Assembly (NCBI GenBank): GCA_030765485.1 | Contig: JAVCCR010000003.1 | Span: 4,653-68,652, forward strand | Source: Candidatus Gygaella obscura | GTDB taxonomy: Bacteria; Omnitrophota; Gorgyraeia; Gygaellales; Gygaellaceae | DNA length: 64,000 nucleotides | Direction: 5' to 3' | Part shown: one piece after another, positions 46,925 to 56,072 of the stretch | Numbering within the stretch: position 1 is the first letter of the stretch | Layout: each line of letters begins with the position of its first letter | Notes under the pieces: generated by a model | What the model saw: only the letters and a program-made list of their open reading frames with translations | What the model was told of the DNA's origin: nothing | Database searches by the model: none | Translations under genes and position numbers: made by a program

Positions 46925-47195
46925 ACTTAGCAGTTTTGATTGGAAGGTATTTAAGGTAGTTTCAGAAATTCCCTTGGGAGAAGTTAAAACATACAAATGG
47001 GTTGCTAAAAGAATCAATCATCCCGAGTCAGCGCGTGCAGTGGGTAATAGTCTGAAGAAGAATCCCTGGCCTGTTGTGATACCGTGTCATCGGGTAATAC
47101 ATTCAGACAGCTCCCTTGGCGGGTATTCTCAGGGCAAAAGAATGAAGAAAAAATTATTAGATTTAGAGAGAAAAATCAAAGATTTGATGTTATAA
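46902..47195 (+). CDS. MGMT family methylated-DNA--protein-cysteine methyltransferase (stand-alone C-terminal domain)
   Basis: IPLGEVKTY, ARAVG, IPCHRV, GGYS.G. Confidence 0.88.
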   Translation: MKKTKENRLSSFDWKVFKVVSEIPLGEVKTYKWVAKRINHPESARAVGNSLKKNPWPVVIPCHRVIHSDSSLGGYSQGKRMKKKLLDLERKIKDLML

Positions 47196-47241
47196 TAAAA
47201 TTTATTGTTATAGGTTTAGGCTGTAGTTTAAGGAGAATATA

Positions 47242-48324
47242 ATGGATATAAAGAAATACCTTGATCAGATGGTAGAAAAGAACGCATCGGATTTATTTAT
47301 CAGAGTCGGCGGTCCTGTGAGAATGCGTATTGCCGGAAGAATCTTTGCCATAGATACGAAAGTTCTGGAGTTGGCGGATGTAAAACAGGCAATAAGTGAC
47401 TTGACTACTCCTGAGCAGCTCAATACCTTAGAGACCAAGCGTGATGTTGATTTTGCCATAACTATGTATGTGCGCGAGTTCGACAGGCGTTTCCGCGCAA
47501 GTATCTTTCATCAGCGTAATACCCCGGCAATCGTAATAAGACTTATCCGGCATAAGATAGATACATTTAAGGAGCTTTTGCTTCCTTCGAAGGTGTTGAC
47601 TGATCTTTCTCTTGAGTCACGTGGAATGATACTTTTTACCGGTACTACAGGAAGCGGTAAGTCTACTGCTTTAGCAAGTATGATTGAATATATCAATAAT
47701 AATTGCCAGAAACATATACTTACCTTGGAAGAGCCGATAGAGTTTGTGTTTAGAGATAAGGTTTCAATTATAAACCAGAGAGAGCTAGGTATGGATGTTT
47801 CAGATTATTCTACGGCTTTAAGGGCGTTTACCTTGCAAAGTCCGGATGTTATCTTTATTGGTAATATTCGTGACCAGGAGACGATGTTTGCGGCAGTGAA
47901 TGCAGCTGAAACTGGCGTATTGGTTTTAAGTACTCTGCATACTGTAAATGCAATGCAGACGATCGAGCGTATCATTAATTTTTTCCCTCCGTATCAGCAT
48001 AGCGAGATAAGGATGCAGTTGTCGCTTTTACTTAAAGGGGTAATTTCTTTAAGGCTTGCACCGACAACTGACGGTACCAAAAGAGTTCCTGCCTGTGAGG
48101 TGATGGTTAATACCCCTACAGTTTCAAGATTGATCCGCGAAGGAAAAACCTGGGAGATACCTCAGTATATTGAGCAAGGCGAACTTTTTGGTATGCAGAC
48201 ATTTAACCAGTCTTTGGCAAAACTGGTAAAGGAAGGTTCTATCACAGAGGAAGTGGCATGTGATTTTTCTGACAATAAGGATGAGTTTTATTTAATGTTA
48301 AAAGGGATCAAGAAAGGACACTAG
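47242..48324 (+). CDS. PilT/PilU family type IV pilus ATPase
   Basis: ASDL, GTTGSGKST, TLEEPIE, INQRE, ETG.LVLSTLH, GMQTFNQSL. Confidence 0.92.
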   Translation: MDIKKYLDQMVEKNASDLFIRVGGPVRMRIAGRIFAIDTKVLELADVKQAISDLTTPEQLNTLETKRDVDFAITMYVREFDRRFRASIFHQRNTPAIVIRLIRHKIDTFKELLLPSKVLTDLSLESRGMILFTGTTGSGKSTALASMIEYINNNCQKHILTLEEPIEFVFRDKVSIINQRELGMDVSDYSTALRAFTLQSPDVIFIGNIRDQETMFAAVNAAETGVLVLSTLHTVNAMQTIERIINFFPPYQHSEIRMQLSLLLKGVISLRLAPTTDGTKRVPACEVMVNTPTVSRLIREGKTWEIPQYIEQGELFGMQTFNQSLAKLVKEGSITEEVACDFSDNKDEFYLMLKGIKKGH

Positions 48325-48328
48325 TTTA

Positions 48329-49436
48329 ATGCTTGAGCAGATAAGAAGGAACATTGAAATTTTAAAAGAGAAATTGGATTATCTACGAGGTTATCTTTGA
48401 GATAGACAAAAAGAATATACGTCTAGATCAGTTGAATAGCTTGATTTCCATACCTAATTTTTTTAAGGACGAAAGCAATTCTAAAAAAGTCCTTAGTGAA
48501 TTGAAGCGTTTAAAGACAATAGTCAATCCTTGGCTCGAAGCCAATAATGAATTCATCGAGCTAAATGAATTACTAGAGATAGTCGAGGAAAAAGATGACA
48601 AGGCTCTTCACGAGCTGGAGAAAGATTCGTTTGCTCTTTTAGAAAAAATTGAGAAATTGGATTTTAATCTGCTTTTCTGTGGGGAGTTTGATGCTAATAA
48701 TACTATCCTTAGTATTAATGCTGGAGCTGGCGGAACCGAATCCTGCGATTGGGTAAGCATGCTTCTGAGGATGTATGTCAGGTTTGCGGAAAGAAAAGGG
48801 TTTAAGACAAAAGTAATTGATTTATTAGAAGGTGAAGAAGCAGGCATTAAGAATGTTACGATTTTTATAAACGGAGTTAATTCCTTCGGGTTCTTAAAGG
48901 CAGAACGGGGAGTGCATCGTTTGGTAAGGATTTCACCGTTTGATTCCAATAAAAGAAGGCATACTTCTTTTGCCTCAGTTGATGTTATTCCTGAGATTGA
49001 AGATAATATTGAAGTTGTCTTGGATGAAAAGGATTTAAAGGTAGATGTTTATCGCGCTTCCGGCAAGGGGGGGCAGGGGGTAAACACTACGGATTCGGCA
49101 GTACGTATAACGCATCTACCCACAGGGATTGTGGTTACTTGTCAGAACGAAAGGTCTCAGTTTCAAAATAAACAGAATGCTTTAAAGGTGCTGCGTGCGC
49201 GCATCTATGAGAAGATGCAGCTTGAACAAGAGGCAAAGCTGCAGAAACAGGGAAGCGATAAAAGAAAGATTGAATGGGGCAGTCAGATTCGCTCTTACGT
49301 AATACATCCTTATAGTATGGTAAAGGATCACCGCACTAAGTTTGAGACATCTAATGTCCAGGCAGTAATGGATGGTGATTTGGAAGGATTTATTTTTACT
49401 TTTTTAAAACAGCAAAAAAATATAAATAATGATTAA
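48329..49436 (+). CDS. prfB: Peptide chain release factor 2 with programmed +1 frameshift
   Basis: ATG 48329, 23 codons to CTT-TGA (48395-48400) preceded by internal SD-like GAGGT; +1 frame continues into the ORF containing SPF and GGQ. Confidence 0.95.
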
Positions 49437-52269
49437 ATTTTTGGCTAATAAGATAATCGGTACGCAGAATCAGCGAGAGCTTAAGCGCTATGGGGAGATT
49501 GTTATTAAGATAAATGCCCTGGAGGAAAAGATTTCAGTTTTATCAGATGAACAGCTGCGCAATAAAACCGAAGAATTTAAATCAATTATTGGGAATAATT
49601 TTAAAAGTTTGGATTTAAAGATTGCTAATCTCGAGCGTGAGTTTGAGGAATCCAGCCCGCAGGAACGCCAAAAAATAAAAGTGCAGCTTAAGACAATGCG
49701 CAGCCAGGTTTTTGATAGTATTTTACCTGAGGCCTTTGCTGTAGTAAGAGAGGTGGCTAAGCGAAAAATTCATATGCGTCATTTTGATGTGCAGCTTATG
49801 GGAGGCTTGGTTTTGCATGAAGGCAAGATTGCGGAAATGGTTACTGGTGAAGGAAAAACCCTTGTTGCTACCTTGTCGGCTTACTTGAATGCCCTTTTAG
49901 GCAAAGGCGTGCATATAGTAACGGTAAATGATTACTTGGCAAGAAGAGACCGTGATTGGATGGGTCCGGTTTTTGAGGCCCTAGGTCTTACTATTGGCGT
50001 AATACAGCATGATATGCCTGCGGATGAGAGAAAACTCGCCTATGGCTGCGATATTGTATACGGCACGAATAATGAATTCGGTTTTGATTATCTTAGGGAC
50101 AATATGGTAATAGATAAACGTGAAATGGTGCAAAGATCATTTTATTATGCCATTGTCGATGAGGTTGATTCCATTTTAATCGATGAGGCGCGTACTCCTT
50201 TGATAATTTCAGGTCCTACAGAAGCAAGTACGGATATTTATTTTAAAGCCAAAGATATTGCTTCTACATTAAAGGGAAAGCGTGTTACTCAAAAAGAGGA
50301 AATAGATGCTAAATATGCAGGAAGAGATCTTTATGAAGGCGTTGATTATATAGCAGATGAAAAGGCAAATACAGTTTCTCTTTCTGATGAAGCTGAGGCA
50401 AAGGTATCTTCGATGTTCGGGATAAGCTCAATTCATGATATCGATACCATAGAATATCGTCACCAGATAATGGCAGCTTTAAAGGCCAAGGAATTCTTTC
50501 AGTGCGATGTGGATTATGTGGTAAAAAACGGTCAGGTTATTATTGTGGATGAGTTTACCGGCCGCCTTATGCCTGGAAGGCGCTGGTCCGATGGCCTGCA
50601 TCAGGCAATAGAGGCAAAAGAAGGTTTAAAAATAGAAAAAGAAAACCAGACCCTGGCTACGATAACTCTACAGAATTATTTTCGTATGTATGAGAAGCTT
50701 TCTGGTATGACCGGAACAGCTTTTACCGAAGCAGGAGAGTTTAAGCATATATATGATTTGGATGTTATTGTTGTTCCTACAAATCAGCCTTTAATCAGAG
50801 CGAATTATCCTGATGCAGTATATAAAAGTGAAAAAGAAAAGTTCGAAGCTGTAGTGGAAGAAATCGTCCAGCTTTATAATGCTGGCCGTCCAGTGCTTGT
50901 CGGTACAATCTCTATTGAAAAGTCAGAATTTATAGCAGCCATGCTTACGCAAAGAGGCATTACGCATAATATTCTTAATGCTAAATATCATGAGCGTGAA
51001 GCTTATATTATTGCTCAGGCAGGAAGATTTAAGGCTGTGACTATTGCTACTAATATGGCAGGAAGAGGTACGGATATTTTATTAGGTGGTAATGCTGAGT
51101 TTATGGCCAAGGCAATAGTAGAGCAATCCGGAATATCTATTGATGATGTTTCGTTTGAAAAGGTTTACAAAGAAAAGTTAAAAGAACTTAAAATAACCAT
51201 AGATGAGGAACATCAAAAGGTAATTGAGGTTGGGGGCTTGCATATAATTGGAACAGAACGTCATGAAGCCAGAAGAATAGATAATCAGCTCAGGGGTCGT
51301 TCTGGACGCCAGGGTGATCCGGGTTCATCAAGGTTCTATGTAAGTCTGCAGGATGACCTTATGCGGCTTTTTGGTTCTGACAGGCTGGTCGGTCTTATGG
51401 ATAAGCTGGGTTTAGAAGATGGCCAGGTTATTGAGCATCCTTGGGTAACAAGGTCTATAGAAATGGCTCAAAGAAGAGTTGAAGGACATAATTTTGAAAT
51501 CAGAAAACACCTTTTGGAATATGATAACGTCATGAACAAGCAGCGTGAGATTATTTACCATCAGAGGAAAATGGTCTTAGGCGGTACCAATATAAAAGAA
51601 CAGATTGCAGAATTTAGAAACGAATGTTTAGATACAGAGTTTAATTGTCTTGCTAGTGAAGAAACGCAAGATTCGGTTTCTCAGGAAAAAATTGCAAATT
51701 GGCTTTCTTTGGAATTTAATATCGCTATTGATGCCAATATTTTTAAAGGTTTGAATAAAGATCAGCAGAAAGAAAGAATCAAGAAGCTGATGGACGATGC
51801 CTATATTGAGAAGGAAAAGCTTTTAGGCGAAGACGCAAGGTTTTTAGAGAGAATGATTATGTTGCAGATAATAGACAGTAAATGGAAGGATCATCTTTAT
51901 GCTATGGATTATCTGCGTGAGGGCATAGGGCTGCGTAGTTACGGACAAAAAGACCCCTTGATAGAATATCAGAGGGAGGCATTTAACGGTTTTCAGGAAA
52001 TGATCTATTCAATTAAGCGTGAAATTATCCAGACTTTGTTTAAGGTTAATCGGGCAAAAGAGAAAAGGATAAAAAGCGTTTTTGAGCGTATTAACCAGCA
52101 GTTTGTTCATGAGCAGGTATCAGGTCTTGTTAATCCAAAACAAGACAGTCCCAAGCCAGAGAAAAAAAAATCTTCTGAGACTTTCAAAAGGTCTTCCAAA
52201 AAGGTCGGTAGGAACGATCCTTGTCCCTGTGGTTCTGGTAAAAAATATAAAAAATGCTGCGGAAAGTAG
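49429..52269 (+). CDS. secA: Preprotein translocase SecA
   Basis: TGEGKT, DEVDSILIDEARTPLIISG, ATNMAGRGTDI, RNDPCPCGSGKKYKKCCG. Confidence 0.98.
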   Translation: MIKFLANKIIGTQNQRELKRYGEIVIKINALEEKISVLSDEQLRNKTEEFKSIIGNNFKSLDLKIANLEREFEESSPQERQKIKVQLKTMRSQVFDSILPEAFAVVREVAKRKIHMRHFDVQLMGGLVLHEGKIAEMVTGEGKTLVATLSAYLNALLGKGVHIVTVNDYLARRDRDWMGPVFEALGLTIGVIQHDMPADERKLAYGCDIVYGTNNEFGFDYLRDNMVIDKREMVQRSFYYAIVDEVDSILIDEARTPLIISGPTEASTDIYFKAKDIASTLKGKRVTQKEEIDAKYAGRDLYEGVDYIADEKANTVSLSDEAEAKVSSMFGISSIHDIDTIEYRHQIMAALKAKEFFQCDVDYVVKNGQVIIVDEFTGRLMPGRRWSDGLHQAIEAKEGLKIEKENQTLATITLQNYFRMYEKLSGMTGTAFTEAGEFKHIYDLDVIVVPTNQPLIRANYPDAVYKSEKEKFEAVVEEIVQLYNAGRPVLVGTISIEKSEFIAAMLTQRGITHNILNAKYHEREAYIIAQAGRFKAVTIATNMAGRGTDILLGGNAEFMAKAIVEQSGISIDDVSFEKVYKEKLKELKITIDEEHQKVIEVGGLHIIGTERHEARRIDNQLRGRSGRQGDPGSSRFYVSLQDDLMRLFGSDRLVGLMDKLGLEDGQVIEHPWVTRSIEMAQRRVEGHNFEIRKHLLEYDNVMNKQREIIYHQRKMVLGGTNIKEQIAEFRNECLDTEFNCLASEETQDSVSQEKIANWLSLEFNIAIDANIFKGLNKDQQKERIKKLMDDAYIEKEKLLGEDARFLERMIMLQIIDSKWKDHLYAMDYLREGIGLRSYGQKDPLIEYQREAFNGFQEMIYSIKREIIQTLFKVNRAKEKRIKSVFERINQQFVHEQVSGLVNPKQDSPKPEKKKSSETFKRSSKKVGRNDPCPCGSGKKYKKCCGK

Positions 52270-53792
52270 ATTTGTTCAAAAAAATCTTATTTTCTTCTAT
52301 TTCAGGAGTTCTTTTAGCGTTATCTTTTCCAAAAACTGAAATATCCCTTTTTGCCTGGGTGGCTTTCATTCCTTTGTTTTTTATATTCGAAGCAAATAAA
52401 GCTAAACAAAATATTTCATTTGGTTTTTTGACTGGGTTTGTATTTTGGTTTATTACGATATATTGGCTTAAATACGTTACCTGGTTTGGTTTGATAGTTT
52501 TATGTATCTATCTTGCACTTTATTTTTCTCTATTCAGTTTTCTTGCCTCTTTGATCTTAAAATCAAAAAAATCAGCGTTATTTCTTATTCCGGCTATTTG
52601 GGTTGTACTGGAATTTATCAGGGCTAATATTTTTAGCGGATTCGGTTGGGCGCTTTTAGGTTACAGCCAGTACAAAAATATTTTTATTATTCAGTTTGCT
52701 GACTTATTCGGTAGTTTCGCAGTTTCCTTTTTGGTGATGTTGGTAAATGTGTTTATTTTTCTTCTTGTTAAAGGAATTGTTTTAAAAAAGGCTTTTATTC
52801 CCAGGAAGCAAATCGCTTTAGTGTTGATATTGTTTGTTTTGGTTATAAGTTACGCCGCATTTAAGTTAGAGAGCAAAAAAAGTAATAGTTTTTATAGGCT
52901 CGGTATTATCCAGGGTAATATCGCTCAGGATAAGAAATGGGATTCAACGTTATCAGGGGAAATATTTGCAAAGTATAAACGGTTGACTCTAAAGGCAGAT
53001 AATGATGATCTTGATTTGATAATTTGGCCTGAGACCGCACTTTCCTTTTATTTAAATTTTGAGGAAAATAATATTGATAAGGTAAAAAAGTTAATGGCGG
53101 GTTTTAAAAAACCGATTTTAGCAGGCGCTATTGTATATAAACATGATGATTTTTATAACAGCGCCTTGCTTTTTAATACTCGTAAGTTAGAAAGATACGA
53201 TAAGATGCATCTTGTACCATTTGGTGAATATATACCATTTCGTAAAAGACTGCCTATTCTTGAGAATATAGTTAATATGGTTATGCCTATTGAGGATTTT
53301 AAATCCGGGAAGGATTACACTATTTTTGATGTAGGATTTAAATTTGGTGTGCTGATTTGTTTTGAAGATACTCTGGGTTATCTTTCTCGTAATCTTGTCA
53401 AATGCGGCGCTCAGGTTCTAGTGAATATAACCAATGATGCCTGGTTTATGGATTCTTCAAGTCCATATCAGCATCTGCAGGCCTCGGTTTTTAGGGCTAT
53501 TGAGAATAGGACGCCATTAGTCAGATGCGCCAATACTGGGGTTAGTTGTTTTATTGATAAAAACGGAATGATTGGCTCGATTGTAAAAGACAAACAGGGC
53601 AAAATGATTTTTGTTGATGGATTTATGTCTGATGATGTTAGGATAGATAAAAAACAAAGCCTCACATTTTATAACAGATACCCGTTTCTATTTATTGGGT
53701 TCTGCGTTTTGCTAATTATTTATAATTTTATTTTGTTTAGCTTAAGTTATAATAGGAGGGATGGCCATGGAAATAAAGGTAATAAAGATTAA
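52254..53792 (+). CDS. lnt: Apolipoprotein N-acyltransferase
   Basis: IQGNI, IWPETA, YDKMHLVPFGEY, ICFE, NITNDAWF, NTGVS. Confidence 0.95.
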   Translation: MLRKVDLFKKILFSSISGVLLALSFPKTEISLFAWVAFIPLFFIFEANKAKQNISFGFLTGFVFWFITIYWLKYVTWFGLIVLCIYLALYFSLFSFLASLILKSKKSALFLIPAIWVVLEFIRANIFSGFGWALLGYSQYKNIFIIQFADLFGSFAVSFLVMLVNVFIFLLVKGIVLKKAFIPRKQIALVLILFVLVISYAAFKLESKKSNSFYRLGIIQGNIAQDKKWDSTLSGEIFAKYKRLTLKADNDDLDLIIWPETALSFYLNFEENNIDKVKKLMAGFKKPILAGAIVYKHDDFYNSALLFNTRKLERYDKMHLVPFGEYIPFRKRLPILENIVNMVMPIEDFKSGKDYTIFDVGFKFGVLICFEDTLGYLSRNLVKCGAQVLVNITNDAWFMDSSSPYQHLQASVFRAIENRTPLVRCANTGVSCFIDKNGMIGSIVKDKQGKMIFVDGFMSDDVRIDKKQSLTFYNRYPFLFIGFCVLLIIYNFILFSLSYNRRDGHGNKGNKD

Positions 53793-54252
53793 AAAAAATG
53801 AAACTGATAATATTATAATCGGTCAGGCACATTTTATCAAAACAGTTGAAGATCTTTACGAGGTTTTAATTACTGCTATGGTGGATATAAAGTTTGGTCT
53901 TGCGTTTTCCGAGGCCTCTGGTGCGTGTTTGGTAAGAAGCGAAGGCAATGATAATGAATTGAAAAAACTTGCTGAGGAAAATGCTCTTAATGTAGGAGCA
54001 GGGCATGCTTTTTATATACTGCTTCGCGATGCATATCCGATAAATGTCCTTAATGCAGTAAAAAACACTCAGGAAGTATGTCGGGTATTTTGTGCAACGG
54101 CAAATCCTTTGGAGGTACTGGTGGCTGAGTCAAAATTAGGCCGCGGTATTGTAGGGGTAATCGACGGTTCAAGCCCTCGGTCAGTTGAAACGGAAGAAGA
54201 TATACGTTGGCGTAAGGATCTTTTGCGTAAAATCGGATATAAAAGAAGCTAA
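53761..54252 (+). CDS. Adenosine-specific kinase family (DUF355)
   Basis: NIIIGQAHFIKTVEDL, AFSEASG, GAGH, YPINVLN, FCATANP, GVIDG. Confidence 0.88.
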   Translation: MAMEIKVIKIKKNETDNIIIGQAHFIKTVEDLYEVLITAMVDIKFGLAFSEASGACLVRSEGNDNELKKLAEENALNVGAGHAFYILLRDAYPINVLNAVKNTQEVCRVFCATANPLEVLVAESKLGRGIVGVIDGSSPRSVETEEDIRWRKDLLRKIGYKRS

Positions 54253-54259
54253 ATTTTCC

Positions 54260-54287
54260 TTGAAAACAGGTTTCAATTTGTTATAAT
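54260..54287 (+). promoter_or_regulatory. Promoter with a palindrome overlapping -35
   Basis: TTGAAA-16 bp-(TGn)TATAAT; inverted repeat TTGAAA-acagg-TTTCAA at 54260-54276. Confidence 0.55.
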
Positions 54288-54307
54288 TCATATAATTTAG
54301 ATCAGAC

Positions 54308-55225
54308 ATGGCACTAAAACATAATTTAAGAGCATTCAGGAGAACTTTAGGGTATATTCTTTTAAAGAGTATATTCTGGGGGATATATTTTATTCCTTTT
54401 AACTGGCTTAAGGCCTTTGCCCGTATTTTAGCAAAATCAGGTTATTTTCTTTTTTCTAAGCATAGAAAACTTGCAATGCGTAGCCTTGACATTGCCTTTG
54501 AAGATAAGATCAATATCCAGGAAAAGAAAAAAATAGTCCAGGATTCCTTCCGCTATATGCTTGAAGGAGCGTTTGAGCTTCTTTATTGCGGAAGGCATTT
54601 AAAGTACGTAAAGCGTTTAGTGAGAGTAAGGGGAATTGAAAATCTTAATAATGCCTTGGCTAAAAAAAGAGGCGTAATAGCTGTAACTGCGCATTTTGGG
54701 AATTTTCCCGTTATGCAGTTTAAGCTTGCTTGCGAAGGTTATGAAATTAATTCCATAATCAGGCGCATGAGAGACCCCTTGGCAAATAAGTTTTTCTTAA
54801 AGAAGCGCAATGAATGGGGTGTTAAGACTATATATAAAGAACCGCGTACAGCCTGTGTTTCTAGCAGCATAAAATCACTAAAGAACAACGAGATACTTTT
54901 TATTCTCCTTGATCAGAATTTTGGCACAGGAGGGGTTTTTGTAAATTTTTTCAATAGAAAAGCCGCCACGGCAACAGGTCCGGTTATACTGGCCCAAAGG
55001 ACCAATGCGGTGATTCTGCCGATGTTTATCGTTCACGACCATACGGGAAAGCATGTTCTTTTGATAGATAAGGAAGTGGAGCTTATCAACACAGCAGATA
55101 AACAGGAAACAATCCAAACTAATACCCAGCGGTTAACGGATATTATTGAAAGCTATATTAGAAAATATCCTGCAGAATGGAGCTGGATCCATAGGCGTTG
55201 GAAGACGCAGCCAGAAAAGGTTTAA
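54308..55225 (+). CDS. Lipid A late acyltransferase (LpxL/HtrB family)
   Basis: GVIAVTAHFGNF, LLDQ, FVNFF, IRKYPAEWSWIHRRWK. Confidence 0.88.
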   Translation: MALKHNLRAFRRTLGYILLKSIFWGIYFIPFNWLKAFARILAKSGYFLFSKHRKLAMRSLDIAFEDKINIQEKKKIVQDSFRYMLEGAFELLYCGRHLKYVKRLVRVRGIENLNNALAKKRGVIAVTAHFGNFPVMQFKLACEGYEINSIIRRMRDPLANKFFLKKRNEWGVKTIYKEPRTACVSSSIKSLKNNEILFILLDQNFGTGGVFVNFFNRKAATATGPVILAQRTNAVILPMFIVHDHTGKHVLLIDKEVELINTADKQETIQTNTQRLTDIIESYIRKYPAEWSWIHRRWKTQPEKV

Positions 55226-55227
55226 TA

Positions 55228-55460
55228 ATGATAAATTTGGTAGAAAAAATATTTAAACTACGACAAAACCATACTGGTGTACGTACAGAGATTTTTGGCG
55301 GGATGACTACTTTTTTTACCATGAGTTACATAGTTTTTGTTCAGCCTGCGCTGTTGTCTAAATGCGGTATGGATTTTGGTGCAGTTATGGCTGTAACCTG
55401 TATAGCTTAAGCTGTAGCGATTTTCTTGATGGCCTTTAAAGAAGCGCATTGGCTAATTTA
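55228..55460 (+). pseudogene. Remnant of an NCS2/AzgA family purine permease
   Basis: FKL....T.VRTE..GGMTTFFTMSYIVFVQP..LS..GMDFGAV..TCIA, then TAA, homology continuing AVAIFLMAF, then out-of-frame LAN; the rest is missing. Confidence 0.8.
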
Positions 55461-55499
55461 TTTATTCACAATTATATTTATAGCGAGGTACATATTATT

Positions 55500-56072
55500 A
55501 TGAAAGACTTAAATCCAGTTTTAGAAAAAGATCAATTGCTAGAGAAGGTTTTATTTAAGACAATAGCTGTTATTGCATTTGTTTTTTTGACAGCAATGGG
55601 TGCTTATATCAGGGTACCGTTATGGTTTACTCCAGTACCATTTACCTTGCAGACACTATTTGTTTTGCTTGGTGCATGTGTATTGGGAAAATATTTAGGT
55701 ACTTTTACTCAAGTTATCTATATTGCCTTGGGTGTTTTGGGTGCGCCGCTATTTACAAAAAGCGGTGCAGGTCTTTATTATTTTTTGGGTCCTACGGCAG
55801 GTTATCTTGCAGGGTTTTTATTGAGCAGTGTTTTTATAGGGGTGTTTTTAAAACCGCAGAAAAGCTTTAGGGAAATATTTTTTATTTTTAGCGCAGCAAG
55901 CCTGTTAATCTTGTTATGCGGAGCAGTGTGGCTGAAGATAATCTTTCGTTTAAATTACCTACAGACTTTTATTTTAGGGGTGATGCCATTTGTTATAGGT
56001 GATGCAATCAAGAGCCTAATAGCCAGCTTATTTTATATGAAGTTTAGATCCAGAATCAGCAGCCTTAATTAA
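55500..56072 (+). CDS. bioY: Biotin transporter BioY
   Basis: PVPFTLQT, GAPLF, GPTAGYL.GF, PFVIGD.IK; GAGGT RBS before ATG 55500. Confidence 0.92.
   Translation: MKDLNPVLEKDQLLEKVLFKTIAVIAFVFLTAMGAYIRVPLWFTPVPFTLQTLFVLLGACVLGKYLGTFTQVIYIALGVLGAPLFTKSGAGLYYFLGPTAGYLAGFLLSSVFIGVFLKPQKSFREIFFIFSAASLLILLCGAVWLKIIFRLNYLQTFILGVMPFVIGDAIKSLIASLFYMKFRSRISSLN

Noticed and set aside
48432-49436. prfB as a 334-aa TTG-start ORF or pseudogene
   Set aside because: Explained by the programmed +1 frameshift from ATG 48329.
49590-49710. Helical insertion in the SecA N-terminal region
   Set aside because: Similar insertions occur in SecA of several phyla; no intein or other distinctive motif.
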